Shown piece by piece: positions 1-7,974 of a stretch of DNA of 36,369 nucleotides (position 1 is its first letter; each line of letters begins with the position of its first letter). Made by a program: the position numbers and the translations under genes. This stretch comes from a virus. Its lineage: Duplodnaviria; Caudoviricetes. The DNA lies in the IMG/VR virus record IMGVR_UViG_3300032232_001056, positions 1-36,369 of that record; one strand, written 5' to 3'. Below the pieces are notes generated by a model. That model worked only from the letters and a program-made list of their open reading frames with translations. It was not told where the DNA came from and searched no databases.

Positions 1-123
1 GCTAAAAATGGACCGCAAGGCATACTTTGTTCTCGTTGCCACCCTTATGCAGATGGGTATATTCAATTACCGCGTTTTGGCGATATTGGTTTTGAGATCG
101 CAACAAAAATAAAGGTTGGTGAA
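1..123. repeat. 123-bp terminal direct repeat (copy 1), circular-assembly overlap
   Basis: Bases 1-123 are identical to 36247-36369; the ORF starting at 36181 continues into TAA at 124-126. Confidence 0.95.
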
Positions 124-125
124 TA

Positions 126-401
126 ATGTCCTATACACTCACGGAACTTATTGAAAAATTAGAGGAATTAGTAGAGGAATATCCGGATCTGGCGGATCAG
201 AAAGTCAATATGGCTTTCCAGGAGAACTATCCGCTAGCCGGTTTGATCACTTCGGTGACCGTAATTGAGGACGATGAAGACTCAGATTGCGAATGTCCGT
301 CCACAAAATTATGCGACGAATGCCCTAAACCGAAGCTTTGGATCGGAATTCAGGATAACTACAACACTCCATACGCGCCAAAAGAGGCATGGAATGACTG
401 A
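126..401 (+). CDS. acidic hypothetical phage protein
   Basis: 91 aa ORF; TAATG coupling to the upstream wrap-around ORF; Cys cluster CECPSTKLCDEC. Confidence 0.8.
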   Translation: MSYTLTELIEKLEELVEEYPDLADQKVNMAFQENYPLAGLITSVTVIEDDEDSDCECPSTKLCDECPKPKLWIGIQDNYNTPYAPKEAWND

Positions 402-618
402 TCCTCTTGTAAGAGTTCTCAAAGATGCCCACAAGGATCTGAAACGAGCTATCGATGACGTTGAAAAACGTAAAAAAGACTTCTTAGAAATCTTGCTTAT
501 TGCCAGAAATAAGGAGGGTTGGACCTATCAAGAGATTGCCGATGTCCTCGGTATCTCCACGTCCAGGGTTCAACAGTTGGTTCGTCAGGCCCAGGGTAAG
601 AAAAGATCCAATAGATGA
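394..618 (+). CDS. sigma70 region-4-like HTH DNA-binding protein
   Basis: Start moved to ATG 394; GWTYQEIADVLGISTSRVQQLV helix-turn-helix. Confidence 0.8.
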   Translation: MTDPLVRVLKDAHKDLKRAIDDVEKRKKDFLEILLIARNKEGWTYQEIADVLGISTSRVQQLVRQAQGKKRSNR

Positions 619-1046
619 GGCTTGAATGGCCGGAATATGCGTTGGCTTTAGCTGACGTTGCTGCGCTGAGAAGCGAGGATCCCTGGCTCAAGGTTGGTGC
701 TGTAGTTCTTCGACCGGATAATTCGGTTGCAAGTATTGGCTATAACGGCGCTCCTTCTGGGATCCAAATCGATTGGGACGATCGGGAAGCTAGACGCCCG
801 TTCGTGATCCACGCTGAAGTAAACGCTCTGAGATATACAACTCCGGTCGAGGTTCGTGATGGCTTGATTGCCATTACGCATCGACCTTGCCAGGCTTGTA
901 TTCCTCTTATAGCTGCCTATGGGATCCGCCGGGTTTTCTTCGGTGTTTCTCTTGATCCGCAGGTGTATTCTGAGGATCTGCTTGATAACATTGCTGGTCA
1001 ACTCGATGTCAAAGTCGTGAACATTCCGAGGGGGAAAAATGCTTAA
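615..1046 (+). CDS. dCMP deaminase
   Basis: RSED..KVGAVV, GYNG, HAEVNAL and PCQAC zinc-deaminase motifs. Confidence 0.92.
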   Translation: MRLEWPEYALALADVAALRSEDPWLKVGAVVLRPDNSVASIGYNGAPSGIQIDWDDREARRPFVIHAEVNALRYTTPVEVRDGLIAITHRPCQACIPLIAAYGIRRVFFGVSLDPQVYSEDLLDNIAGQLDVKVVNIPRGKNA

Positions 1047-1488
1047 TCTCATATTCGAGCGCCAAAAGAAGCTTCAGGAGGAGTCATTTGGCATCGATTT
1101 TACGGATCTTTCTGATGAGGAAAGATCGCAATTCATTAAAGATATGGTCCTGGCTGCCACCGATGAGCTACACGAGGCACTTGCCGAAGTCGGTTGGAAA
1201 CCCTGGGCGACGTCTCGACACATAAATCGTGAAGCTTTTGTTGGCGAATTGGTCGATGTCCTTCACTTTATTGTCAATTTATGGCTAGCTGTAGGCGCAA
1301 CTCCGGAGGAAGTGGAGCAGCGTTATCAAGAGAAAGCTGAAAAGAACGCTAAACGTCAGAAGGAAGGATACGACGGCGTTTGGGGTAAATGTCCATCTTG
1401 TAAGCGTGCCTTTGACGATGCCGGAGTTATGTGCTCCGTTTCAGAAGGTTGCGAATATGATGACGGCTTTCCGAAAGAGGATTGCTGA
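1039..1488 (+). CDS. dimeric dUTPase/MazG-fold dNTP pyrophosphatase (possible dCTPase)
   Basis: DELHEALAEVGWKPW and ELVDVLHF motifs, K..KN..RQ..GY; C-terminal Cys cluster. Confidence 0.85.
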   Translation: MLNLIFERQKKLQEESFGIDFTDLSDEERSQFIKDMVLAATDELHEALAEVGWKPWATSRHINREAFVGELVDVLHFIVNLWLAVGATPEEVEQRYQEKAEKNAKRQKEGYDGVWGKCPSCKRAFDDAGVMCSVSEGCEYDDGFPKEDC

Positions 1489-1961
1489 TGATCACGATCC
1501 TAGAAGGTGTTGACGGCGTAGGCAAGTCAAGCCACGCAGCCTGGTTAGCTAAAGAGCAAAATGCCAAGATTCTTCACGCTGGTATCCCGCAGCATTCTCA
1601 TTGGTTTGAGGAATATATCAAGCCTTTAATGCAGCTTCCGGAGGATCAGAACGTGATCCTGGATCGCTGGCACCTGGGCGAAGCGATTTGGCCCTTCGTG
1701 TTTAACCGCAAATCACTCTTTCCACGTCCGGAATCATTCAAACTTTGCGACAATACCTTGCAAGAGCTAGGCGCTAAAGTGATTCTTATCTATCGCGACG
1801 CGGATTCTATTTCAAGCACTTTAATGCTTCGCGGCGAACAGGATCAGATCGAGACGGTTATCAAGGCCCAAGATATGTATTTTGATCTGGCTGCCACTAT
1901 GGATCATATTCAAGTGGTTAATTCCAACGATCTTCAGAGGGAGTTACCGCATGTACATTAA
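1488..1961 (+). CDS. dNMP (thymidylate-like) kinase
   Basis: P-loop ILEGVDGVGKSS and ILDRWH motif; TGATG coupling. Confidence 0.85.
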   Translation: MITILEGVDGVGKSSHAAWLAKEQNAKILHAGIPQHSHWFEEYIKPLMQLPEDQNVILDRWHLGEAIWPFVFNRKSLFPRPESFKLCDNTLQELGAKVILIYRDADSISSTLMLRGEQDQIETVIKAQDMYFDLAATMDHIQVVNSNDLQRELPHVH

Positions 1962-2787
1962 ACTAGACACGCCTTCTGAGGTGGTTGAGGTAGCTATTGG
2001 CACCTGTATCAGTCACGGATCGCCGACAACTCCTCGCGGTCAGTCCACTTTGGAAGTAAATAACGTCACCTTTGAGATCCAAAGACCCTGGTTGATGCCT
2101 TTTGACGTCAAATATAGGGATATGAAACCTTTTATTGGCGCGGTCGAAGCTCTTCAGCTGGTTGGAATGACCACAGCGCCGGAGTTGGTTATCTCCGGAT
2201 CTAAAGTCTTTGGAAACTACCTGGACGGCGGCATCTTTCACGGCGCTTATGGTCCAAGAATCTATGGACGACTTCAGCCTTTGGTTGATCTGCTTAAATC
2301 AGATCCGGATTCACGTCAGGCTGTCTTAACCATATTTGACTCTCGTCAGGATCTGGGAGCAAACGTAAAAGATGTTCCTTGTACCCTGGCGCTTCAGTTC
2401 TTTGTTCGCGACGATAAGCTCTGCATGAGAACAACCATGAGATCCAACGACGTTTGGCTAGGTTTGCCATACGATTTGGTTCAATTTACGGCGCTTCAGG
2501 GAGCTATTGCCGCAGCTTTGGGCATTGAAATGGGTTGGTATGCCCATTCCGTAGGATCGTTGCACCTATACGCAAGGGATATGGAGCAGGCGGAACAGAT
2601 CCAGGCAAGCTATGACCAAAACTGGGACTATGAACCACTTTGGTCACGAGATACAATTGAGCTTATCTCCGGCACGGCTAGAGGAATTCTCTATGGTTGG
2701 CAGGCTAATATGTATCTTGCCGGTTTGACCAAGTTTGAAACCTGGTTAGAGAATGCAGTTTTCCAGGCACGAGAACGGATTATATGA
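1951..2787 (+). CDS. thymidylate-synthase-fold enzyme, dCMP hydroxymethylase/methylase type
   Basis: AYGPR, DSRQAV, catalytic DVPC, MRSNDVWLGLPYD (Asp where dUMP-specific ThyA has Asn), SLHLY; start ATG 1951. Confidence 0.85.
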   Translation: MYIKLDTPSEVVEVAIGTCISHGSPTTPRGQSTLEVNNVTFEIQRPWLMPFDVKYRDMKPFIGAVEALQLVGMTTAPELVISGSKVFGNYLDGGIFHGAYGPRIYGRLQPLVDLLKSDPDSRQAVLTIFDSRQDLGANVKDVPCTLALQFFVRDDKLCMRTTMRSNDVWLGLPYDLVQFTALQGAIAAALGIEMGWYAHSVGSLHLYARDMEQAEQIQASYDQNWDYEPLWSRDTIELISGTARGILYGWQANMYLAGLTKFETWLENAVFQARERII

Positions 2788-3140
2788 GTCAACACCGTAA
2801 GCATCGAGGATACGCAACTCAGCGGATCTTAGCTGAGTTCTTGCAAGAGAACGGGTTTCCTTATGCTGAATCCACTGGTGCAGGACGCTCGGGTACCGAC
2901 GTCACTGGCACTATCGGGATTGATTGGGAAGTAAAGGCTCGGCGTGGGTTTCCCGTCGTTGAAACGATGGAGCAACTTAGCGATCGGGCAAAAGAAGGTT
3001 TAGTTGGAATCGCTGTACTCAGGCCCGATGGTTGGGGTCCAGCGAAGATAGCTGATTGGCCGGCAATCGTACCTTTGAGCGTCATTGTGAAGCTCTTGCG
3101 AGAAGTCGGTTATGGAGATCCAATCGAAGGGGAAAAATAA
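2784..3140 (+). CDS. Holliday-junction resolvase, PD-(D/E)XK type
   Basis: KHRG...GRSGTDVTG..IDWEVKAR motif. Confidence 0.75.
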   Translation: MSQHRKHRGYATQRILAEFLQENGFPYAESTGAGRSGTDVTGTIGIDWEVKARRGFPVVETMEQLSDRAKEGLVGIAVLRPDGWGPAKIADWPAIVPLSVIVKLLREVGYGDPIEGEK

Positions 3141-3898
3141 TGGCATCACCAGCTTTGGCGGTTACTGTTGGTACTGGTCGTGGATACGTTCACCCAGTTA
3201 CCCAAGTTACCGTTCCATCAGTAACGACAATACTTCAGGTATTGGATAAGCCGGCGCTTCCGCGTTGGGCAGCAAAATCTGTGGCAGAATTTGCCGCAGC
3301 TAATAAGAGTTCGTGGGTTAATCTTCCGGACGATGCAGCGATCGACTTGTTAAAAGGATCTCCCTGGAGAACACGCGATCGCGCGGCAGAAGCCGGAACT
3401 AATGCTCACGAATACTGTGAAGCTTTGCTAAATGGGGAAGTTAGCATTGATTCACCGTTTGATCCGCCTGGTTTAGGTGAAGCAGCAAAGAACCTTCGAG
3501 GGATTCTTAAAGCTGTTCAACCTCAACCACTCTCGATCGAAGGAACGGTGTGGTCGCATAAATACGGCTACGCCGGTTCCTTCGACGGGATTCATATCAT
3601 CGATGGAGTAGTAACTCTTGTGGATCTGAAAACGTCCACCGGAGTTTACTCTGATTACTCGATCCAGCTTGCAGCATATAAGTATGCTGAAGTGATCCTG
3701 AAACCGGACGGAACGGAAGTACCGGTTCCTCCCATCGAAAAATGCCAGATCTGGCATGCACCCAAAGAAGGATCATGGAGCGTCGTTGAAATGGACGTTA
3801 CCGAGGCCGAGTTTGGCGTGTTTCTAGCGGCGCTTGAAGTATTCAAGTGGAAGACGGAACGCTCGAAGCAAGTCATGGGCAAAAAGATCCGTTCATAG
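3140..3898 (+). CDS. PD-(D/E)XK exonuclease (Cas4/RecB-like)
   Basis: PSVTTIL, GTNAH, YAGSFDG, VDLKTS, QLAAY; start ATG 3140 after GAAGGGG. Confidence 0.85.
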   Translation: MASPALAVTVGTGRGYVHPVTQVTVPSVTTILQVLDKPALPRWAAKSVAEFAAANKSSWVNLPDDAAIDLLKGSPWRTRDRAAEAGTNAHEYCEALLNGEVSIDSPFDPPGLGEAAKNLRGILKAVQPQPLSIEGTVWSHKYGYAGSFDGIHIIDGVVTLVDLKTSTGVYSDYSIQLAAYKYAEVILKPDGTEVPVPPIEKCQIWHAPKEGSWSVVEMDVTEAEFGVFLAALEVFKWKTERSKQVMGKKIRS

Positions 3899-3940
3899 CT
3901 TTGCAAAAGCAAAAACAAACAACTAATCGAAGGGAAAACC

Positions 3941-4447
3941 ATGTTCGAACAACCAAAATCGGGCGGCGGGTTTTTTAAGCCAGCCGACCACCAGGGACAC
4001 TTAGTCCTTTTCACTGCAGTAAAGACATCAGCGCGTCGTTATGACGAGCTACGCAAGGGAGAAATCGATGAATTCATCGTCGACTTCGTCGATCTCGACG
4101 GAGACCAGCAAGTCCAAACCGATGTCAAAGTCGGACACGTTGGAATCACCAACAAGCTATCTGTTGGATCAAAGAACGTCCTTGCGCGAGTTGGGACCGT
4201 CGACACCGGAAAAGGAAACCCAGCCTGGGTCCTCAACAATTTCCAAGATGCTGACGTTGCTCGCGCTCAGGCGTGGGTCGAAGCTCAAGCGCAAAAGGCT
4301 TTTGCTCAACCTGCTGCTGCAGCCGTTCCTGCAGCGGCGCCGGTAAGTCCTTCGGCACAATCCGCGGTTACAGGGGGTATGTCTCAGGAGCAAATTGCAT
4401 TACTTATGCAGCAGCTCGGAGCCACACCGGTAACGCCGAAGTTCTAA
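3941..4447 (+). CDS. putative single-stranded DNA-binding/annealing protein
   Basis: Follows the exonuclease; beta-rich N-terminus, GKGNPAWVL, Ala/Pro-rich tail ending in PKF. Confidence 0.55.
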   Translation: MFEQPKSGGGFFKPADHQGHLVLFTAVKTSARRYDELRKGEIDEFIVDFVDLDGDQQVQTDVKVGHVGITNKLSVGSKNVLARVGTVDTGKGNPAWVLNNFQDADVARAQAWVEAQAQKAFAQPAAAAVPAAAPVSPSAQSAVTGGMSQEQIALLMQQLGATPVTPKF

Positions 4448-4454
4448 CCAAATC

Positions 4455-4501
4455 GATGCGTTCAGGATCGGTGACACCTTTCCACTGATCCTGAACGCAT
4501 C
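4455..4501 (+). terminator. 19-bp stem-loop after the SSB-like gene
   Basis: GATGCGTTCAGGATCGGTG / CACTGATCCTGAACGCATC with one G-U pair; 9-nt loop; no U-tract. Confidence 0.6.
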
Positions 4502-4521
4502 ACTTATCCTGAGGGGGAAAT

Positions 4522-4674
4522 ATGTTTGAATTTATATTTGGAATGTTTATATCTTTCCTATTGATCCGGTTGATCAATAGGTTTTCACTAACTCGTCCAA
4601 TCAAGATCGACACAAGCGAAATGGAGGCACTAGAAAAGCTCGGTCAAGCAATCGAAAGAAAGAGAGAACGATGA
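4522..4674 (+). CDS. small membrane-anchored protein (50 aa, not in ORF track)
   Basis: GAGGGGG RBS; MFEFIFGMFISFLLIRL...; ATGA overlap with next gene. Confidence 0.7.
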   Translation: MFEFIFGMFISFLLIRLINRFSLTRPIKIDTSEMEALEKLGQAIERKRER

Positions 4675-5108
4675 AGATACACGTCAATATCCGATTTGTG
4701 GCTACATTAGCGATAGCATCGCTGATCTTCTACGCAGTAGGAGTAAGTCACGCTGAAGACATAAAGCAAGAAAATTCATCGCTTGAGTACATCAAAGCGA
4801 CAACTGCAAGCTTCCAGGTAAATGAGGCTCGTTACTTAGCTTTTCAGCTATTAACAAGCAAGCAATTCGAATGCCTGGACTATGTGTTAACGCGCGAATC
4901 TCATTGGAACTCAAAGGCTAAAAACCCTAATAGTTCAGCAAAGGGAATCGGGCAATTACTAAACGAAACATATCGCAACATTGGTATGAAGCATTCGACG
5001 GATAGTCGAGCGCAACTCATAGCAACGCTTGCATACATAAGCCGGTGGTACGGATCAGCGGGCCCATGTGGAGCAAAAGCTCACTGGTTAAAACATAAGT
5101 GGTATTAG
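4671..5108 (+). CDS. secreted lytic transglycosylase (SLT/lysozyme-like)
   Basis: Signal peptide; RESHWN..AKNPNSSAKGIGQLL; YI..WYG..CGA..HW....WY. Confidence 0.8.
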   Translation: MKIHVNIRFVATLAIASLIFYAVGVSHAEDIKQENSSLEYIKATTASFQVNEARYLAFQLLTSKQFECLDYVLTRESHWNSKAKNPNSSAKGIGQLLNETYRNIGMKHSTDSRAQLIATLAYISRWYGSAGPCGAKAHWLKHKWY

Positions 5109-5119
5109 GGAAGGATCAA

Positions 5120-5239
5120 ATGAAAAAGATTAGTATTCTTACGGGGTGGAACTGGAACGGTTTTGGGATTGGATTTCACTTTGATAAGTGGCATTTCTCC
5201 CTGGATCTAGGGTTTGCCTGGATCTCGTTCGAGTGGTAA
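5120..5239 (+). CDS. 39-aa Trp/Phe/Gly-rich peptide (not in ORF track)
   Basis: GGAAGGA RBS; MKKISILTGWNWNGFGIGFHFDKWHFSLDLGFAWISFEW fills the gap between genes. Confidence 0.6.
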   Translation: MKKISILTGWNWNGFGIGFHFDKWHFSLDLGFAWISFEW

Positions 5240-5242
5240 GTA

Positions 5243-5410
5243 ATGCCAACGTACGATTTCAAATGTAATTCTTGCGGAATTACCGTCGAAGTCACCCGGA
5301 GCGTAGAGGAAGAATCTGTGCCCCGGTGTGACTGCGGCGAGATGATGTCTAAGATGTTTTCGGCACCGGGTATAGTTTTCAAGGGAACGGGTTGGGGAGG
5401 AAAGCCATGA
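5243..5410 (+). CDS. FmdB-family zinc-ribbon protein (55 aa, not in ORF track)
   Basis: MPTYDFKCNSCG...PRCDCG...FSAPGIVFKGTGWGGKP. Confidence 0.85.
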   Translation: MPTYDFKCNSCGITVEVTRSVEEESVPRCDCGEMMSKMFSAPGIVFKGTGWGGKP

Positions 5411-5688
5411 GTATCGATTGGTCAACAGTTAGAGCATGCAAAGATTGTTGTGACATACGTAAAGCTACGGATCTAGAAATAAATAAGTACATCGAGGATC
5501 ACGTTTCGCATGATGATGAAATTTGGTACTGCGGTGGTTGCCGGAACTCACAGAACGAGTGGGTAATTGGAGATATGCTTTGGGACATTGAAAATGAATT
5601 TCTAGTGACACCCTGTTGTCATACGGAAGCTGCAGCAGCGCTCAATAGCTACGATCCAACGGCGTACAGAACGAAGAGTAAAAGATGA
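5407..5688 (+). CDS. Cys-rich hypothetical protein
   Basis: ATGA overlap with the FmdB-like gene; CKDC, CGGC and TPCC motifs. Confidence 0.7.
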   Translation: MSIDWSTVRACKDCCDIRKATDLEINKYIEDHVSHDDEIWYCGGCRNSQNEWVIGDMLWDIENEFLVTPCCHTEAAAALNSYDPTAYRTKSKR

Positions 5689-5783
5689 GTAAATGTACGC
5701 GCTGTGAGGAAGAAATAGAAGAAGATACTGGAATTCGATTACTGGACTGGATTCTTTGCGAAATTTGTTACGGCGATATTTAA
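5685..5783 (+). CDS. 32-aa zinc-finger peptide (not in ORF track)
   Basis: MSKCTRCEEE...LCEICYGDI; ATGA overlap. Confidence 0.6.
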   Translation: MSKCTRCEEEIEEDTGIRLLDWILCEICYGDI

Positions 5784-5808
5784 TTAAAATTGTTTGAAAG
5801 GGGAAAAC

Positions 5809-7974
5809 ATGAATCCAGCTGAAGAAGTAGTAGTAATGGGTCCTTACGAAAGATCCGCCAAAGAGTATAGAGCATTAGGTTGGCTTGACGTATTGCCATT
5901 ACCGGCAGGTAAGAAAAGCCACCCGCCAACAGGATTTACGGGAAAGAGATTTGCACATGTATCTCCCGACGATAATCAGATCCAGAACTGGATCAAGAAT
6001 AAGGGTCTTGGAAATATAGCTTTGCGCATGCCTGCCAACGTGCTCGGGATTGACGTTGACGCGTATGGAGACAAAGCCGGATCTGAAACCTTGACACGAG
6101 CCATAGCAAGTTTTGGCCCGCTGCCAGATACATGGAGAGTTACCTCTCGCGATGACGGCACGAGCGGAATTAGATTTTATAGAGTTCCGGAGGGTCTTCA
6201 GTGGCCCAATCAAGTTGGCCCTGGTATTGAAACGATCCACCGAGGTCATCGATATGCCGTAGTTTGGCCCAGCCTTCACCCTGAGGGAAGAGTTTACCGT
6301 TGGATCGGTCCGGATAACATGACGGCAATCGGCACCGGACCATCTCCTATGATCCTTCCTGAGCTACCTTCCACTTGGGTTCAAGGACTTACTCACGGTC
6401 AAGCTGCCACGGCAGCCACCGAACGGTCTGATGCGAACGCTGAAGAAATGGCTGTCGCATTTGCCGAATGGTGTACGCCGGGTAATCCTTGCTCTCTAGT
6501 AAATAGAAAGATTGACGATTTATCCGAAGCTTTATCGGGTCGATTAGGATCACGACACGATGCGGTGCGAGATCTTATGCTAAGCTTATTGCGGCTTGGT
6601 CAAACCGGTCACGCTGGAGTGGATTATGCGCTTCAGAAGACAGGTCGAGATTTTACGATGGTTGTCGGGGCTGATCGAGGAACCGTCACAGCGGATCTTG
6701 AATGGCGTCGTATGTTACTCGGCGGTATCTCTATTATCCTGGCTAATCTTCACTCACACGAGATTTGTCATGGCAAGGATTGCGACGGCAAGCTAAAGGG
6801 CATGGAGTTCAACGTAACTGAATTCCTAGCGACACCACCTCCGAGCGGTATTTCAGATCCTGAATCAGACGATGAAGAAGTATCCATTTACGCTGATCTG
6901 TCATGGTTACTCACGGGTAATGCTCCGGTTATTGATCCTCCGACTTGGATCACTAGATCCGATGGAGCTTCACTCTTCTATCAGGGACGTATTAACGGCG
7001 TGTTTGGTGATCCGGAAACGGCTAAATCCTGGCTAGCTATGTGCGCTGTGGTCGAGGGACTTCAGAAGGGCCGCAAAGCGGTTTATCTGGACGTGGATCA
7101 CAACGGATCTGGAGAAATAGCTACACGCCTTATCTCTCTTGGTGCTCCGGTAGCTTTTGTGGCTAATCCTGAGTATTTTAGGATCGCAGAACCAGAAGAC
7201 ATCATCGGACTGAGAGCTTTTATTCATGATATGCTTGAATGGAAACCGGAGATAGCGGTCGTAGATTCCCTGGGTGAAATTGTGCCCATGTTAGGTCTTA
7301 AGTCCACCGATAACGACGATATTACTAAAGCGATTCGAGCTATCTGCAAGCCTTTGGCTCACGTGATCGGCGCTTGCGTTATTACGATTGACCACTTGCC
7401 GAAGGGCGTTGATGCCAGATCCTCCGGTTATGCGATCGGCGGCACGGCTAAGAAACGTGCGGTCGACGGATCATATTTATCAGCTGAGGTTCTATTGGCA
7501 CCGGCGCCTGGTAAGCTAGGCAAGATCAGCCTTTCCATTGAGAAGGATCGTAACGGAGGACTTAGATCCGCCTCTCCTGGTAAGCATGCCGGAACGTTCG
7601 TCCTAGATTCAACGGAAGAGGGCCGAACCAAATGGCATATAGAAATGCCCACACTTTCCCACGATGGCAAGATGCGACCAACTCTTCTCATGGAAAGGTC
7701 GTCCAGATTTGTCATCGAATGGATCGGTGAAGATGCTCCGACCCGAAACGAGATAGTGAAGGGCGTAAAAGGCAAAGATTCAGCCGTGGGTCTAGCTATC
7801 GACGTTCTCGTTGAGGAAGGTTATCTATCCGAGACAAAAGACGGCGAGTCTAAAAATTCAGCCCGTCGCTTTACTTCGATCAAGGCGTATTCAAGCGCCG
7901 ATGATCCTTTATCCGATAATAACAAATCGTTATTTACTCAACCAGGGGGAAGAAATGACTTATACTTCGATTGA
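5809..7974 (+). CDS. bifunctional primase-polymerase fused to AAA/RecA-like helicase
   Basis: N-terminal LPLP..KK.P, GNIAL, GIDVD, VVWPSLHPEG; Walker A-like GDPETAKS, Walker B VVDS, IDH; C-terminal winged helix; start ATG 5809. Confidence 0.88.
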   Translation: MNPAEEVVVMGPYERSAKEYRALGWLDVLPLPAGKKSHPPTGFTGKRFAHVSPDDNQIQNWIKNKGLGNIALRMPANVLGIDVDAYGDKAGSETLTRAIASFGPLPDTWRVTSRDDGTSGIRFYRVPEGLQWPNQVGPGIETIHRGHRYAVVWPSLHPEGRVYRWIGPDNMTAIGTGPSPMILPELPSTWVQGLTHGQAATAATERSDANAEEMAVAFAEWCTPGNPCSLVNRKIDDLSEALSGRLGSRHDAVRDLMLSLLRLGQTGHAGVDYALQKTGRDFTMVVGADRGTVTADLEWRRMLLGGISIILANLHSHEICHGKDCDGKLKGMEFNVTEFLATPPPSGISDPESDDEEVSIYADLSWLLTGNAPVIDPPTWITRSDGASLFYQGRINGVFGDPETAKSWLAMCAVVEGLQKGRKAVYLDVDHNGSGEIATRLISLGAPVAFVANPEYFRIAEPEDIIGLRAFIHDMLEWKPEIAVVDSLGEIVPMLGLKSTDNDDITKAIRAICKPLAHVIGACVITIDHLPKGVDARSSGYAIGGTAKKRAVDGSYLSAEVLLAPAPGKLGKISLSIEKDRNGGLRSASPGKHAGTFVLDSTEEGRTKWHIEMPTLSHDGKMRPTLLMERSSRFVIEWIGEDAPTRNEIVKGVKGKDSAVGLAIDVLVEEGYLSETKDGESKNSARRFTSIKAYSSADDPLSDNNKSLFTQPGGRNDLYFD

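Noticed and set aside
1951-2787. Calling the TS homolog thyA
   Set aside because: The specificity residue is Asp (GLPYD), not Asn, so canonical dUMP methylation cannot be assumed
3140-3898. Cas4-like nuclease as evidence of a CRISPR system
   Set aside because: No repeat-spacer array or other cas genes; context (resolvase, SSB) fits a phage recombination exonuclease
7811-7954. Upstream extensions of ORFs in the track (also starts at 265, 1882, 3056, 8877, 9612, 32589)
   Set aside because: They overlap upstream genes extensively; downstream ATGs have RBSs or stop-start coupling and match domain starts
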